Origin: Octopus sinensis | Lineage: Eukaryota | Direction of reading: 5' to 3' | Assembly (NCBI RefSeq): GCF_006345805.1 | Contig: NC_043011.1 | Span: 16,690,464 to 16,754,463 of the forward strand | Length of the DNA: 64,000 bases | Shown: positions 63,815-64,000 of the stretch, in pieces | How positions within the stretch are numbered: the first letter of the stretch is position 1 | Layout of the letters: each line of letters starts with the position of its first letter | Position numbers and translations under genes: made by a program | Notes under the pieces: generated by a model | What the model was told of the DNA's origin: nothing | Seen by the model: the letters and a program-made list of their open reading frames with translations, nothing else | Database searches by the model: none

Positions 63815-64000
63815 TGTTTGAGGGAATAAAATCCAAACTTGCAAGGAAAAAGAATTCAATTTAGAAATACTAAATCAAATTCCACACAATATAATATATA
63901 TATATATATACCGGAGTAAGCACATAAATGTAAAACAAGGTGGAAAAAAGAGTACTCAAATACCAGAGGTAGAGTAATATATTTTATTTAAAAGCAGCAG

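Overview
Eukaryotic, AT-rich window saturated with microsatellites and transposable elements. The SINE families resemble the tRNA-derived OK/OR-type SINEs of octopus, so an Octopus genome is inferred. No complete host gene is visible. There is one good candidate internal coding exon (46985-47110, +) and a few weaker ones. Main content: (i) about 30 copies or fragments of four tRNA-headed SINE families, with heads and tails swapped modularly; (ii) two lineages of R4/Dong-like restriction-endonuclease LINEs, one lying in (TAA)n arrays and one repeatedly bounded by (CATA)n arrays, including two copies lacking the RT region; (iii) Penelope-like fragments with GIY-YIG remnants and hammerhead-ribozyme-like motifs, including an inverted-pLTR copy; (iv) RTE fragments (3-prime end, 5-prime UTR, a bipartite element, a C-terminus with three C2H2 fingers); (v) Tx1/L1 and CR1/L2-type fragments; (vi) decayed mariner, Tc1 and pogo/Tigger transposases; (vii) non-autonomous Helitrons and MITEs, two with 8-bp TSDs and internal (CCCTAA)n; (viii) a long poly-Asp-coding repeat and unidentified decayed coding-like tracts at 49-56 kb. 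Most ORFs in the supplied track are microsatellite artefacts. All family assignments come from motif recognition by eye, without database searches, and many boundaries are approximate.
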